Shown here: one piece after another, positions 18,753 through 28,111 of the stretch | Position numbering within the stretch: the stretch's first letter is position 1 | How the letters are laid out: each line of letters starts with the position of its first letter | NCBI GenBank assembly: GCA_035280025.1 | Contig: DATEGT010000255.1 | Location: 1 to 55,394 of the forward strand | DNA length: 55,394 nucleotides | DNA from: Burkholderiales bacterium | GTDB lineage: Bacteria > Pseudomonadota > Gammaproteobacteria > Burkholderiales > SG8-39 | Direction: 5' to 3' | Position numbers and translations under genes: made by a program | The notes under the pieces: generated by a model | Databases searched by the model: none | The model's input: only the letters and a program-made list of their open reading frames with translations | Told to the model about the DNA's origin: nothing

Positions 18753-19895
18753 ATGAATCGCTCGTGCGCGTCCCTGCTGCACGGAAGCATCCTCGCGCTC
18801 GCCGCAGCGTGCGCCTTGCAGTGCGCCCGCGACGTCCGGGCCCAGACCAGCCCTCCCCCCGGCAAGGCCCTGGTTATCCTTTATCGCGCCGACAAGCAGC
18901 CCGTGGCGGCAAGGGTGCCGGTCATCGCGAACGCGGACCGCCTGGGCAGCATCGGCAACGGCGAGCACGTGAACGCCGTCGTCAATCCCGGCCGGACCTT
19001 TCTGCGCGTCGGCGACCGCATCCTGACGACGCTCGCGATCCAGACCAGCGCAAACCGGACTTCCTACGTTCTCATCGAGGCCGTTCCCGGACTGACGCCG
19101 GTGCGGGTGGAGATGCGCGAGATGACCGAAGCTTCGGCCCGCCGCGCCCTGGCGCAGAGCCGGCCCGCGGGCGGTGGAACGGCGGCCGCGGCGCCCCTCG
19201 CTCCTGCGCCGCGTGCCGCTGCCGCGGCTCCCGCGGTGGCTGCCGCCGCGTCCCGGACCGCTCCGCTCCCACCCGCCGCCGCCAAGCCTAAGCCCGCTCC
19301 TCCACCGCCGCGCCAGTCGACTATCGCACGGGAGCCGGTAGCCGCAGAGGAGGAAGAGGAGGATGCCGAGGCGGAGCTGCACCGGTGGCGTTTCGCGATC
19401 ATTCCAAAGGCCGGCGTCGTCAAGCTCGCCACGACGAGCCAGACGCTCGGCGGCGTCCAGGCTTCGTACGACAAGACTTCCAAGCCGGCGCTGGGACTGG
19501 AGCTGGAGTTCCGGCACCTGCGCGGATTCGCGGTGGGCGCCGAGGTGCTCTACTACAAGAACGATCTCACCGTGCCCGGGGCGGCGCTTGCCGGAGACCA
19601 GACCGTATTCGGCGCGATGTTCAACGGGAAGTACTACTTCGGCGGCGAGTCGGGGAGGTTCCACCCGTTCCTCGGCGCCGGGGTCGGTTTCTCTTCCGCG
19701 AAGTTCGGCGGCGACTTCCAGGGAAGCGCGAGCGGCCCCGCGTTCCAGGGCATGCTGGGCGTCGACTACCGCTTCGGCGACATCGGCGTCTACCTCGAGT
19801 ACAAGTACCTGAGCTCGACCGCCTCCGACAGCGCCAACCAGAAAATCAAGACCGGCGGCTCGGGCATCCTCGCCGGCATGAGCATCGCCTTCTGA
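18753..19895 (+). CDS. outer-membrane protein: DUF2846-like N-domain, Ala/Pro-rich linker and C-terminal 8-strand-type beta-barrel
   Basis: ATG 18753 follows AGGGGAG. Signal peptide MNRSCASLLHGSILALAAACALQCARDVRAQ. N-domain ALVILYRADKQP...GNGEHVNAVVNPGRTFL. Linker AAAAPLAPAPRAAAAAPAVAAAA...KPKPAPPPP...EEEEEDAEAE. Alternating-hydrophobic strands end in GILAGMSIAF (terminal Phe). Confidence 0.7.
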   Translation: MNRSCASLLHGSILALAAACALQCARDVRAQTSPPPGKALVILYRADKQPVAARVPVIANADRLGSIGNGEHVNAVVNPGRTFLRVGDRILTTLAIQTSANRTSYVLIEAVPGLTPVRVEMREMTEASARRALAQSRPAGGGTAAAAPLAPAPRAAAAAPAVAAAASRTAPLPPAAAKPKPAPPPPRQSTIAREPVAAEEEEEDAEAELHRWRFAIIPKAGVVKLATTSQTLGGVQASYDKTSKPALGLELEFRHLRGFAVGAEVLYYKNDLTVPGAALAGDQTVFGAMFNGKYYFGGESGRFHPFLGAGVGFSSAKFGGDFQGSASGPAFQGMLGVDYRFGDIGVYLEYKYLSSTASDSANQKIKTGGSGILAGMSIAF

Positions 19896-19899
19896 GCCT

Positions 19900-20409
19900 C
19901 TAGCTCGCGGGCTTCCACGAGCTCAGGATCTCGTAGCGGCCTCCGCCCGGCTGCGAGCGCGCAAGCGCAAAACCCTCCACTTCCCAGCGGATCGGCTCCA
20001 GCGCGGGCATCTCCGCGGGCTCCCGCGCGTCGCGCAGCAGCGTGACATGCGCGGCGAACGGCTTGGAGTCGAAGCCGATTCCCGAGCGCGCGAGGGCATC
20101 ACGCAGATCCAGGGCCAGATGCTCGAGGCCCGCCGGCACCGCGGAGGCACCCGCCCAGACGATGCGGTTGCTCTTCCAGAATCCGGGTCGGTCGAGCACC
20201 AGCGCCGCCGGACGCGGCGCTACCGCGCTCGCGGCGCGCTCGAGGGCGGCCATCCGGCCGGATTCGACCGGGCCGAGAAAGGCGAGCGTGAGATGCAGAT
20301 TCGGCGGCGGCGTGGGCCGGCCTCCGCACAGAGATCGCAGCTCGCGCGACCAGCGGACCAGCTGCGCGCGCACCCTTTCGGCGGGCCACAGCGCGAAGAA
20401 CAGCCTCAC
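19900..20409 (-). CDS. thpR: RNA 2',3'-cyclic phosphodiesterase (2H phosphoesterase, ThpR/LigT)
   Basis: GTG 20407-20409 gives VRLFFALWP. Two HxT/S motifs, HLTLAF and HVTLLR. 169 aa. The remainder of the 388-aa track ORF is unsupported. Confidence 0.8.
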   Translation of the reverse strand: MRLFFALWPAERVRAQLVRWSRELRSLCGGRPTPPPNLHLTLAFLGPVESGRMAALERAASAVAPRPAALVLDRPGFWKSNRIVWAGASAVPAGLEHLALDLRDALARSGIGFDSKPFAAHVTLLRDAREPAEMPALEPIRWEVEGFALARSQPGGGRYEILSSWKPAS

Positions 20410-20921
20410 ACGAGAAACGGCTCGGCACGCCGCGGATCGGACGGACCCGCGGCGGGAACGAGCAGGGCGATCGCCTCGGCGGCAATGCCTTCTCCGCGCC
20501 CGATCGCGCCGAGGCGCTCGGCGGTCTTGGCCTTCACGTTGATGCGGTCCGCGGGAACGCCGAGATCGGCCGCGAGGTTGGCGATCATGGCGCCGATGTG
20601 GGGCGCCATCTTGGGAGCCTCGGCATGGATGGTCGCGTCCAGATTGGCGATGGAGAAGCCGCCTTTGCGGACCTTCGCCGCGACCTCGCGCAGGAAGACG
20701 CGGCTGTCGGCGTCCTTGTATCGCGGATCGCTGTCCGGAAAGTGCCGGCCGATGTCGCCGAGGGCCGCCGCGCCGAGCAGCGCGTCGCAGACCGCGTGGA
20801 CGAGGACGTCGGCGTCGGAGTGCCCGGCGAGCCCCCTGTCGAAGGGGATGGTGACGCCGCCGACGACGAGCTTGCGCCCCTTCACCAGCGCATGCACGTC
20901 GAAGCCCTGCCCGATTCTCAC
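20406..20921 (-). CDS. ispF: 2-C-methyl-D-erythritol 2,4-cyclodiphosphate synthase
   Basis: [13 protein letters not shown]...[44 protein letters not shown] start at 20919-20921. The stop overlaps the thpR start by 4 nt. Confidence 0.9.
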   Translation of the reverse strand: MRIGQGFDVHALVKGRKLVVGGVTIPFDRGLAGHSDADVLVHAVCDALLGAAALGDIGRHFPDSDPRYKDADSRVFLREVAAKVRKGGFSIANLDATIHAEAPKMAPHIGAMIANLAADLGVPADRINVKAKTAERLGAIGRGEGIAAEAIALLVPAAGPSDPRRAEPFLV

Positions 20922-21610
20922 GCGGCGCGGCTCCCCAGGATGCGTTCGGCGATCCGGAGATCCGACGCGAAAGTGACCTTGATGTTCTCGGTGCTGCCCT
21001 CGACCAGCCTGGGCCTGCGGCCAAGCGCTTCGACCGCGGCCGCTTCGTCCGTGACGTGCGGAGCATCGCGCAGGGCTTTCATCAGCATGCCGTGGCGGAA
21101 CATCTGCGGCGTCTGCGCCTGCCACAGGTGATCGCGCGGCTCGGTTTCCAGGATGCGCCGCTCGTCGTCGGCGCGCTTCAGGGTATCGGACACGGGGATC
21201 GCGAGTATTCCCCCGACTTCGTCGCTCCCGGCTTCCTCGATCAGCCGCCGCAGCTCGGCGCTGCCCAGGCAGGGCCTCGCCGCGTCGTGCACCAGCATCC
21301 AGTCGTTGGGATCGACCGCGCTCGCCGCGGCCACCAGGCCATTCAGCACGCTGTCCCTGCGGCTCGCCCCGCCGCAGTACAGAGGCGCGATGCGTTCGCC
21401 GAACGCGCTCCAGTCGTGCTTGCGGAACTCGTGGTCGCCCGCGGCGAGCACCACGAACACCACCTCCACCTGCGGCGCGGCGAGCAGGCGCTCGACCGCG
21501 TGGTGCAGCATCGGCTTCCCTGCGAGCCGCTGATATTGCTTGGGTTGCTCGAGCCCGAAGCGGGACCCCGAACCGGCGGCAGGGACGAGGCCGAAGAAGC
21601 GCGCAGTCAT
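20918..21610 (-). CDS. ispD: 2-C-methyl-D-erythritol 4-phosphate cytidylyltransferase
   Basis: [19 protein letters not shown]...PKQY starting at ATG 21608-21610. The stop overlaps the ispF start by 4 nt. Confidence 0.9.
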   Translation of the reverse strand: MTARFFGLVPAAGSGSRFGLEQPKQYQRLAGKPMLHHAVERLLAAPQVEVVFVVLAAGDHEFRKHDWSAFGERIAPLYCGGASRRDSVLNGLVAAASAVDPNDWMLVHDAARPCLGSAELRRLIEEAGSDEVGGILAIPVSDTLKRADDERRILETEPRDHLWQAQTPQMFRHGMLMKALRDAPHVTDEAAAVEALGRRPRLVEGSTENIKVTFASDLRIAERILGSRAA

Positions 21611-21671
21611 CGGCCAAGTTCCTGAAATAGGAGGGGATTCGACACGATACAATTATAGCCGCTTGCACGAG

Positions 21672-24600
21672 ATGAACGCCGTCGCAGTCCCCGAAGAGCG
21701 CAGCCGCGAGGACGGCGCTCGCCTGCACGGCTCGAGCGACGCCCTGGCGCTCGCGCGCCTCGCGCAGGGCTCGCCGCCGACGGCAGTGTTTTGCGCGCGC
21801 GCCACCGAGGCGCAGCGGCTGAAGGATGAGATCGCCTGGTTCGCGCCGCAGCTCTCCGTGGCTCTCCTGCCGGACTGGGAGACCCTGCCTTACGATCACT
21901 TCTCGCCGCACCACGACCTGGTGTCGGAGCGGCTGGCGACGCTGTACCGCATCATGCGGGAGGACTTCGACCTCGCTCTCGTTCCCGCTGCGACCGCCCT
22001 CGCGCGCCTGGGACCGCCTTCGTATCTCGCCGGCCACAGCTTCTTCCTGAAGGCGGGCGAGTCGCTCGACCTCGCCGCGCTCCGGTCGCAGCTCGCGCTC
22101 GCCGGCTACAGCCACGTGACGCAGGTGGTCGCGCCGGGCGAGTTCTGCGTCCGGGGGGGCCTCGTCGATCTCTTCCCCATGGGCAGCGCGCTTCCCTACC
22201 GGATCGATCTCCTGGACGCCTCGATCGAGTCCATACGCAGCTTCGATCCCGACTCGCAGCGCACGCTCTACAAGGTCCCGGAGATCCGCCTGCTCCCCGC
22301 GCGCGAGTTTCCCATGGACGAGGCCGGGCGCAACACCTTCCGCCGCGGCTTCCGCGAGCGCTTCGAAGGCGACCCGACGAAGCGCTCGCTCTACAAGGAC
22401 GTGAGCAACGGCGTCGCCCCCGCGGGGATCGAGTACTACCTGCCGCTGTTTTTCGAGGAGACCGCGACGCTCTTCGACTACCTGCCGAAGAACGCCACGG
22501 TCTGCATGCACGGGAGCGTGCACGAGGCGCACACCGAGTTCCTGCGCGACGCCCACAACCGCCACCAGCTCCTCGCCGGCGACCGCTCGCGGCCGCTCCT
22601 CGCGCCCTCCGAGATCTTCATCGACGCCGAGGACTTCTTCACCCGGGCCAAGTCCTTCGCCCGAGCCGGCCTCGACGCGATGCAGGCATCGGCGCTTCCC
22701 GACATCGCGGTCGAGCGGCGCGCCGCGGATCCTCTTCACCGGCTCAAGGCGTTTCTCGCCGAGACGCCGGGCCGCGTGATGCTGCTCGCCGAGTCCCCGG
22801 GCCGGCGCGAGACGCTCCTCCAGTACCTCGCCGAGTACGGCCTGAGCCCGGAGCCCTCCGCCGGATTCGACGAGTTCCGGCGCTCGAGCGCCCGGTTTTC
22901 CCTCGGCGTCGGGCCGCTGCTGAACGGCTTCGCGCTCGAAGCCGAGGGTCTCGCCTTAGTCACCGAGTCGGAGCTCTACGCCGGCACGGCCCGCTCCCGC
23001 GGCTCCCGGGACCGCGCCCGCACGTCTTCGGTCGAAGGCATGCTGCGCGATCTCTCGGAGCTGCGCGCGGGCGATCCGGTCGTCCACGTGCAGCACGGCA
23101 TCGGCCGCTACCGGGGCCTGGTCGATCTCGATCTCGGCGAGGGCCCGGCGGAGTTCCTGCTCATCGAGTACGCCGACGCCAACAAGCTCTACGTGCCGGT
23201 GGCGCAGCTGCACTCGATCGGGCGCTATTCCGGAGGCCCGCCCGAGCAGGCGCCGCTGCACAGGTTGGGCGGCGACCAGTGGGAGAAGGCGAAGCGCAGG
23301 GCCGCGCGCGCGGTGCGCGACACCGCCGCGGAGCTGCTGGATCTCTACGCCCGCCGCGCCACCCGCAAGGGCCACGCCTTTCGCGTCAACTCCCACGACG
23401 TCGAGGCCTTCGCCGAGGGCTTCGGCTTCGAGGAGACCCCGGACCAGGCCGCGGCCATCGCCGCGGCGATCGAGAACATGAAGAGCGGGAAGCCCATGGA
23501 TCGCCTGGTCTGCGGCGACGTCGGCTTCGGCAAGACCGAGGTCGCCCTGCGCGCGGCTTTCGTCGCGGTCGCCGACAACCTGCAAGTCGCGGTGCTCGCG
23601 CCCACGACGCTGCTTGCCGAGCAGCACTTCAACACTTTCGGCGACCGTTTCGCCGACTGGCCTGTCAAGCTCGCCGAGCTGTCGCGCTTCCGGAGCGGGA
23701 AGGAAACCGCGGCTGCGCTCGAGGGGCTCGCCTCGGGCGACATCGACATCGCCATCGGCACGCACAAGCTGCTGCAGAAGGGCGTGAAATTCAAGCGGCT
23801 CGGCCTGGTGATCGTCGACGAGGAGCACCGCTTCGGCGTGCGCCAGAAGGAGGCTCTGAAGGCGTTGCGCGCCGAGGTCGACGTGCTGACGCTCACCGCA
23901 ACGCCGATCCCGCGCACGCTAGCGATGTCGCTCGAGGGTCTGCGTGATCTCTCGGTGATCGCCACCGCCCCCGAGCGGCGCCTCGCGATCCGCACCTTCG
24001 TCACCCCTTACTCCCCGGGGATCATCCGTGAGGCGGCGCTGCGGGAGCTCAAGCGCGGCGGCCAGATCTTCTTCCTGCACAACGACGTCGCTACCATCGA
24101 GGTGATGCGCGAAAAGCTCGCGAAGCTCCTGCCCGAGGCGCGGATCGCGGTCGCGCACGGGCAGATGCGCGAGCGCGATCTGGAGCGCGTGATGCGGGAG
24201 TTCCTGCAGCAGCGCTCCAACCTCCTGCTCTGCTCCACCATCATCGAGACCGGGATCGACATCCCGACCGCCAACACCGTCATCATCGAGCGCGCCGACA
24301 AGTTCGGGCTCGCCCAGCTGCACCAGCTGCGCGGCCGCGTCGGGCGCTCGCACCACCAGGCGTACGCGTACCTGCTCACTCCCGGCGAGGACGCGCTCTC
24401 CCCGGCGGCGAAGAAGCGCCTGGAGGCGATCCAGATGATGGAGGAGCTGGGCTCGGGATTCTATCTCGCGATGCAGGATCTCGAGATCCGCGGCGCGGGC
24501 GAGGTACTGGGCGAATCGCAGTCGGGCGAGATGCAGGAAGTCGGCTTCAATCTCTACGCCGACATGCTCGATCACGCGGTGCGCTCGCTCAAGGCCGGAC

Positions 24601-25085
24601 GGGAGCCCGACCTCTCCCAGCCCTTCGAAACCGTCACCGAGGTCAACCTGCACTTCCCGGCGCTCCTGCCCGCGACCTACTGCGCCGACGTGCACGAGCG
24701 CCTCGTGCTGTACAAGCGCTTCGCCAACTGCGACACCGCGGAGCGCCTGGAAGGCATGCAGGAGGAGCTGGTCGACCGCTTCGGCGACCTGCCTCCGGCC
24801 GCGCGCGCGCTCGTCGAATCGCATCTCCTGCGGCTTCTCGGCAGGCCGCTCGGCGTCGCGCGCATCGACGCGGACTCGGAAACGATCCAGCTCCAGTTCG
24901 TCGCGCACCCTCCTCTCGACCCGGCGGCGGTTCTGAAGCTCGCGCCGATGCACAAGTGGAAGCTCGCCGGCCCGAGCAAACTTCGCGTCGAGCGCGTCAC
25001 GAGCGAGCTCCGCGAGCGCGCCGCCGAAGTCAGGCGCGTGCTGGAGGCGCTCGCTCAAGCCGCCACCGCGAGGCCCGCGGCCTGA
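21672..25085 (+). CDS. mfd: transcription-repair coupling factor
   Basis: ATG 21672 (MNAVAVPEE). UvrB-homology N-terminus, CarD/RID region [10 protein letters not shown], and helicase motifs [43 protein letters not shown]. 1137 aa. Confidence 0.95.
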   Translation: MNAVAVPEERSREDGARLHGSSDALALARLAQGSPPTAVFCARATEAQRLKDEIAWFAPQLSVALLPDWETLPYDHFSPHHDLVSERLATLYRIMREDFDLALVPAATALARLGPPSYLAGHSFFLKAGESLDLAALRSQLALAGYSHVTQVVAPGEFCVRGGLVDLFPMGSALPYRIDLLDASIESIRSFDPDSQRTLYKVPEIRLLPAREFPMDEAGRNTFRRGFRERFEGDPTKRSLYKDVSNGVAPAGIEYYLPLFFEETATLFDYLPKNATVCMHGSVHEAHTEFLRDAHNRHQLLAGDRSRPLLAPSEIFIDAEDFFTRAKSFARAGLDAMQASALPDIAVERRAADPLHRLKAFLAETPGRVMLLAESPGRRETLLQYLAEYGLSPEPSAGFDEFRRSSARFSLGVGPLLNGFALEAEGLALVTESELYAGTARSRGSRDRARTSSVEGMLRDLSELRAGDPVVHVQHGIGRYRGLVDLDLGEGPAEFLLIEYADANKLYVPVAQLHSIGRYSGGPPEQAPLHRLGGDQWEKAKRRAARAVRDTAAELLDLYARRATRKGHAFRVNSHDVEAFAEGFGFEETPDQAAAIAAAIENMKSGKPMDRLVCGDVGFGKTEVALRAAFVAVADNLQVAVLAPTTLLAEQHFNTFGDRFADWPVKLAELSRFRSGKETAAALEGLASGDIDIAIGTHKLLQKGVKFKRLGLVIVDEEHRFGVRQKEALKALRAEVDVLTLTATPIPRTLAMSLEGLRDLSVIATAPERRLAIRTFVTPYSPGIIREAALRELKRGGQIFFLHNDVATIEVMREKLAKLLPEARIAVAHGQMRERDLERVMREFLQQRSNLLLCSTIIETGIDIPTANTVIIERADKFGLAQLHQLRGRVGRSHHQAYAYLLTPGEDALSPAAKKRLEAIQMMEELGSGFYLAMQDLEIRGAGEVLGESQSGEMQEVGFNLYADMLDHAVRSLKAGREPDLSQPFETVTEVNLHFPALLPATYCADVHERLVLYKRFANCDTAERLEGMQEELVDRFGDLPPAARALVESHLLRLLGRPLGVARIDADSETIQLQFVAHPPLDPAAVLKLAPMHKWKLAGPSKLRVERVTSELRERAAEVRRVLEALAQAATARPAA

Positions 25086-25313
25086 AATTCAAAAGTCTTG
25101 TTTCTCAATATCAGGCATTCAGAATTGTTGTTTCTCAATGCCGGTTGTTCGCCTGGGCGAACGCAGGGTTGACCCAAGCAGCGCCTTGCGTCCGTTTGAT
25201 CGAGCGAGTAGCGTGTTCCAGTCGAGATCCAGCGCCTGGAGGAGCGCCGGCAGAGGCCGCAATCGATTCGTTCCGTTCAATTCCCGCAGCAGCGAACACC
25301 AAAGGAGAGCCTC

Positions 25314-26579
25314 ATGAGAGGAAGACGCTATCTCTATATAGGAGCCGTAGGAGCGGCCCTGGCAGCAGCCCTGGCCCTGACCGTTTCCGTTTCCCAAGCC
25401 GATTCGAAGAAATTTCCCGGGGTCCCGAGCTTCGCGGTCGACGGATCGTGGCCGAAGATGCCGCTGCCCAGCGCCGGAGATTTCGGAACCCCGCTCGTGC
25501 TCAGCACATCCACGGGCAAGCCCAAACCGTGGTCTACCGGTGAAGTCGCGGGCACCTGCGTCGATTCGCGGGACCACGTGTTCATCGTGACGCGGGGAAA
25601 CCTGGTCAACTCGCCCGAGACTCTCGATTCGGTCCCCGCGGCGCCCGTCATCGAATTCGACGCCGCCGGCGACGTCGTGAATGCCTGGGGCGACCGGAAC
25701 GTGCTGCCCAACGGCATCCACGGCTGCTTCATCGACTACCAGGACAACATCTGGATCGCCGGCAACGGCGACGGCATCGTGCAGAAGTACTCGCATGACG
25801 GCGCGCATCTGCTGCTGCAGATCGGGACGCGCGGCGTGTGCGACAACCCGCCCGCAAATGCGTGCGGCAATTCGGGAGCCAACCCTCTCGCGAACCAGAG
25901 CAAGACCCTGTTGAACGAGCCCGCCAACATGTACATCGATCCGGGCCGCGACCCCGTGACCGGAGAGCGCGGCAGCATCTACATCGCGGACGGGTACGGA
26001 AATCACCGCGTCGTGGTGTTCAGCGCAAACGGCACCTGGCTGCGGCAGTGGGGAGGCGTGGCGGGCACGATGAACTCCGTGACCGACTCGCCCGGCTTGT
26101 TCGCCTCGGGCGACGGCGGCCACCCGCATTGCATCGCCGCGGGCAACGACAACCTGCTGTACGTGTGCGATCGCGCCGACGACCGCATCCAGGTCTTCAC
26201 CAAGACCGGCGCGCTGCAGCGGATCATCCCGGTCGTTCCGGGAACCGGCGTGACGCTGGGAATCGGCGGCGCACCCGGGCTCGGCACGGCCGGTTCGGCG
26301 TGGGACCTTGCGTTCTCCAACGACTACGGGCAGACGTTCATGTTCGAGGCGGACGGAGGCAACGAGATCCTGCACATCATGAGCCGCGTGATGGGAACGA
26401 TCCTCGCCGGGTTCGGCGCGCCCGGGCTCCAGGCGGGCCAGTTCACGTTCCTGCACAGCGTCGCAATCGATTCGAAGGGCAACCTCTACACCGGCGAAAC
26501 GATCAACGGCCGGCGCGTCCAGAAGTTCACGCCCGTTCGCTGCGAGGGCCGCGGGTGGGGCAAGGATGATTGCGACTGA
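25314..26579 (+). CDS. secreted NHL-repeat beta-propeller protein, peptidyl-alpha-hydroxyglycine lyase (PAL)-like
   Basis: ATG 25314 follows AAAGGAGAG. Signal peptide GAVGAALAAALALTVSVSQA. Repeated NHL-type blades include DNIWIAGNGDGIVQKYS, SIYIADGYGNHRVVVFS (compare the ADGYCNSR blade of PAL as I recall it), LLYVCDRADDRIQVFT and NLYTGETINGRRVQKF. Confidence 0.7.
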   Translation: MRGRRYLYIGAVGAALAAALALTVSVSQADSKKFPGVPSFAVDGSWPKMPLPSAGDFGTPLVLSTSTGKPKPWSTGEVAGTCVDSRDHVFIVTRGNLVNSPETLDSVPAAPVIEFDAAGDVVNAWGDRNVLPNGIHGCFIDYQDNIWIAGNGDGIVQKYSHDGAHLLLQIGTRGVCDNPPANACGNSGANPLANQSKTLLNEPANMYIDPGRDPVTGERGSIYIADGYGNHRVVVFSANGTWLRQWGGVAGTMNSVTDSPGLFASGDGGHPHCIAAGNDNLLYVCDRADDRIQVFTKTGALQRIIPVVPGTGVTLGIGGAPGLGTAGSAWDLAFSNDYGQTFMFEADGGNEILHIMSRVMGTILAGFGAPGLQAGQFTFLHSVAIDSKGNLYTGETINGRRVQKFTPVRCEGRGWGKDDCD

Positions 26580-26715
26580 TGAGGGTCCAGGCCGGCGGTC
26601 GCAACCTCCGCCAGCGGCTCGCGAGCTCGTACCCGCGTCACCCGGCATCGTCGCCGGGTGGCGCGGGCTTGCTCCGCCGAACCGCAGCCTCAACCCCCGG
26701 ACCGCGGGAGATGAG

Positions 26716-28098
26716 ATGAGATTTTGCGGTTTGCGCCTGCTGGCATGTCTGTCCTTTGCCTGTGCCTCATTGTGCGGGCACCACGCGCTCGCGCACGAAT
26801 TCAAGCTCGACGCGGTCATCAACGGGTTCGTGGAAATCGAGCCGGGCGAGGCGCAGTTCGTCGTCCGCGCGCCGCTGTATCTGTTCAAATCGGTCAGGTT
26901 CCCGGTCGCCAATATCGAGATCGACGTCGACAAATCGCCCCAGGCGCTCGAGCGGGCGCTCGCCGCGATCCAGCACGACATCACGCTCTTCGAAAACGGC
27001 AGGCCGCTGGCGGCATCGCACGCGACGGGGCGGTTGTCGCTGCCCTCCGATCGTTCTTTCGAGAGCTACGACCAGGCGTCGCGGCACGTGGCCGAACCGC
27101 TCGAGCGCGGCACGAGGATCTACATCGACCAGGGATACGTGGACGCGCGGATCAGCTATCCGATCGGTTCCCCGGGGTCGGAGTTCGCCATCCGCACGAC
27201 CGCCGGCCGGGAGCTCGGGGACTATCTCAAGCTCGCGCTGCGCTACATGCCTTACGGCGAGGACAGCCGGGCGATGGTCATTACGAGCGCCTCGGGAACG
27301 GTGCAACTGAACCCCACCTGGATGCGCGCCGCGTCGGGTTTCATCGGAATCGGCATCGCGCATATCCTCACGGGCTACGATCACCTGCTGTTCCTGCTTT
27401 GCCTGGTGATCCCGCTGCGCGGCTGGCGGCAGGTTCTGACGGTCGTCACGGTTTTCACCGTCGCTCACTCGTTCACGCTGCTGGGCTCGGCCTTCAATCT
27501 CGCGCCGTCGGGAACATGGTTCCCGCCCTTCGTCGAGACGGCGATCGCCGCATCGATCGTCTACATGGCGCTCGAGAACATCATGGGGGTCAAGCTCGAG
27601 CGGCGCATCCTGATCACGGGCCTGTTCGGGCTCGTGCACGGCTTCGGCTTCTCGTACGGCCTCCAGGAGAACTTCCAGTTCGCCGGAACGCACCTGCTGG
27701 TATCGCTGTTCGCGTTCAATCTCGGCATCGAAATGGGCCAGATCGCGGTCCTCGCGGTCATGCTGCCGGCGCTCGCCGTGCTGCGGCGGCACGTTTTGCC
27801 GGGACGGGTCGGGATGATCATCCTCTCGGCGATCGTCGCCGATACCGGCTGGCATTGGATGATCGACCGCGCGGACGTGCTGTGGAAGACGCCGTGGCCA
27901 CGACCCGGCGCCGCGGGGCTCGCGATTCTGGCGTTCTGGATTCTCGGCATCCTCCTCGCGGCGGGAGGGCTTGGCGCGATCGCCAAGCGGATGCGGGCTG
28001 CACCGGACGACGGGCTGCCGCCAGCCCCAAAGGGCCTGGCCGGGCTGATCGCCGCGGTCCCCGGCTGCGGCGAGAAGCGCAGTCCGCCGGGCAGCTAG
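26716..28098 (+). CDS. HupE/UreJ-family (HupE_UreJ_2-type) membrane protein with a large periplasmic N-domain
   Basis: ATG 26716 (MRFCGLRLLACLSFACASLCGHHALA|HEF) gives a signal peptide. Next come about 230 aa of soluble domain, then GIGIAHILTGYDHLLFLLCLVIPL and five further hydrophobic helices. The track start at 26566 is unsupported. Confidence 0.65.
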   Translation: MRFCGLRLLACLSFACASLCGHHALAHEFKLDAVINGFVEIEPGEAQFVVRAPLYLFKSVRFPVANIEIDVDKSPQALERALAAIQHDITLFENGRPLAASHATGRLSLPSDRSFESYDQASRHVAEPLERGTRIYIDQGYVDARISYPIGSPGSEFAIRTTAGRELGDYLKLALRYMPYGEDSRAMVITSASGTVQLNPTWMRAASGFIGIGIAHILTGYDHLLFLLCLVIPLRGWRQVLTVVTVFTVAHSFTLLGSAFNLAPSGTWFPPFVETAIAASIVYMALENIMGVKLERRILITGLFGLVHGFGFSYGLQENFQFAGTHLLVSLFAFNLGIEMGQIAVLAVMLPALAVLRRHVLPGRVGMIILSAIVADTGWHWMIDRADVLWKTPWPRPGAAGLAILAFWILGILLAAGGLGAIAKRMRAAPDDGLPPAPKGLAGLIAAVPGCGEKRSPPGS

Positions 28099-28111
28099 CA
28101 CGCTCCTGCTC

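Noticed and set aside
16353-19664. A 1103-aa minus-strand ORF spanning envZ, the second Bug gene and the OMP gene
   Set aside because: It is antisense to three well-supported plus-strand genes. Its translation is Arg/Ala/Gly/Pro-rich with no motifs, which is the classic high-GC shadow ORF.
20922-22739. The extension of the 777-aa ORF upstream of ispF, and the similar long shadow ORFs at 8262-10148, 12132-13793, 21540-21671, 25119-26984 and 37394-39370
   Set aside because: All overlap better-supported genes in another frame or on the other strand. All have the Arg/Pro/Gly-rich composition expected from non-coding frames of GC-rich DNA.
25138-25316. A 59-codon ORF in the leader upstream of the NHL/PAL-like gene, considered as a possible precursor peptide for an amidating enzyme
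   Set aside because: It has no Shine-Dalgarno sequence. Its Arg/Ser-rich composition (…SRSSAWRSAGRGRNRF…) is typical of a random frame. It ends by overlapping the NHL start. Nothing supports translation.
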